Origin: an uncultured Methylomirabilota bacterium | GTDB taxonomy: Bacteria; Methylomirabilota; Methylomirabilia; Methylomirabilales; 2-02-FULL-66-22 | Reading direction: 5' to 3' | DNA length: 64,000 bases | NCBI GenBank assembly: GCA_963845565.1 | Contig: CAWJSJ010000002.1 | Location: 736,001-800,000, forward strand | Shown here: one piece after another, positions 63,740 through 64,000 of the stretch | How positions within the stretch are numbered: position 1 is the stretch's first letter | How the letters are laid out: the number at the start of each line of letters is the position of its first letter | The notes under the pieces: model-generated | Databases searched by the model: none | What the model was told of the DNA's origin: nothing | The model's input: the letters and a program-made list of their open reading frames with translations, nothing else | Made by a program: the position numbers and the translations under genes

Positions 63740-64000
63740 ATGAAACTCGTCCGCTACGGTCGGGCCGGCGCCGAGAAGCCGGGACTCATCGACGCCGAGG
63801 GGCAGCTCCGCGACCTCGCTCGCGTCGTTCCAGACATCACACCGGCACTCCTCGCGCCGGCGGCCCTCAGGACGCTCCGTCGACTCGCGACGGCACGCCT
63901 GCCGCTCGTGAAAGGCAGGCGGCGGCTGGGCTGCCCGTTGGCAGGTATCGGCAAGATCGTCTGCATCGGGCTCAACTACACCGATCATGCGGCGGAGGTC
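63740..64000 (+). CDS. Fumarylacetoacetate hydrolase family protein, 5' part (runs off window)
   Basis: AAGGAG RBS; MKLVRYGRAGAEKPGLID...GKIVCIGLNYTDHAAE. Confidence 0.88.
   Translation, partial: MKLVRYGRAGAEKPGLIDAEGQLRDLARVVPDITPALLAPAALRTLRRLATARLPLVKGRRRLGCPLAGIGKIVCIGLNYTDHAAEV

Overview
GC-rich (roughly two-thirds G+C by eye) bacterial chromosomal window from a diderm organism, probably anaerobic or microaerophilic. The repeat families and transporter content suggest Methylomirabilota/NC10 or a delta-proteobacterium-like lineage, but this is inference only. Gene content in order: a frameshifted tripartite tricarboxylate transporter (TTT) operon; TerC/Alx; an epimerase; an octaheme HAO-family cytochrome; a redox cluster (a selenocysteine-containing protein-disulfide oxidoreductase hidden by an in-frame TGA with a SECIS-like hairpin, PFOR/nifJ, a DHODH-like flavoprotein, a peroxiredoxin, a small wHTH protein and a cytochrome c-fused bd-type oxidase pair); a MacAB-like ABC exporter; a lutC remnant plus D-lactate dehydrogenase; a second TTT locus with three tandem TctC genes and a D-2-hydroxyacid dehydrogenase; CCA-adding enzyme; DAHP synthase; several hydrolases; an FNR/Dnr-box-preceded hemerythrin-PAS operon; an accessory region with TA modules; a 6.3-kb segment bracketed by a 316-bp direct repeat (containing a decayed frd-aspA-dcu operon, htpX and a Y1 transposase relic); a TPP enzyme; recCBD; and a probably leaderless AAA+/DUF4143 ATPase. 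The main non-genic signal is three MITE-like families. Two of them target TTA(G), with empty sites that can be reconstructed from the sequence, and two carry a shared tiny ACCC-hairpin-GGGTACC module that appears to have inserted independently after CGCC(T/A). Many single-base frameshifts, especially at 1-2550, look like assembly errors. No rRNA, tRNA or CRISPR array was seen.
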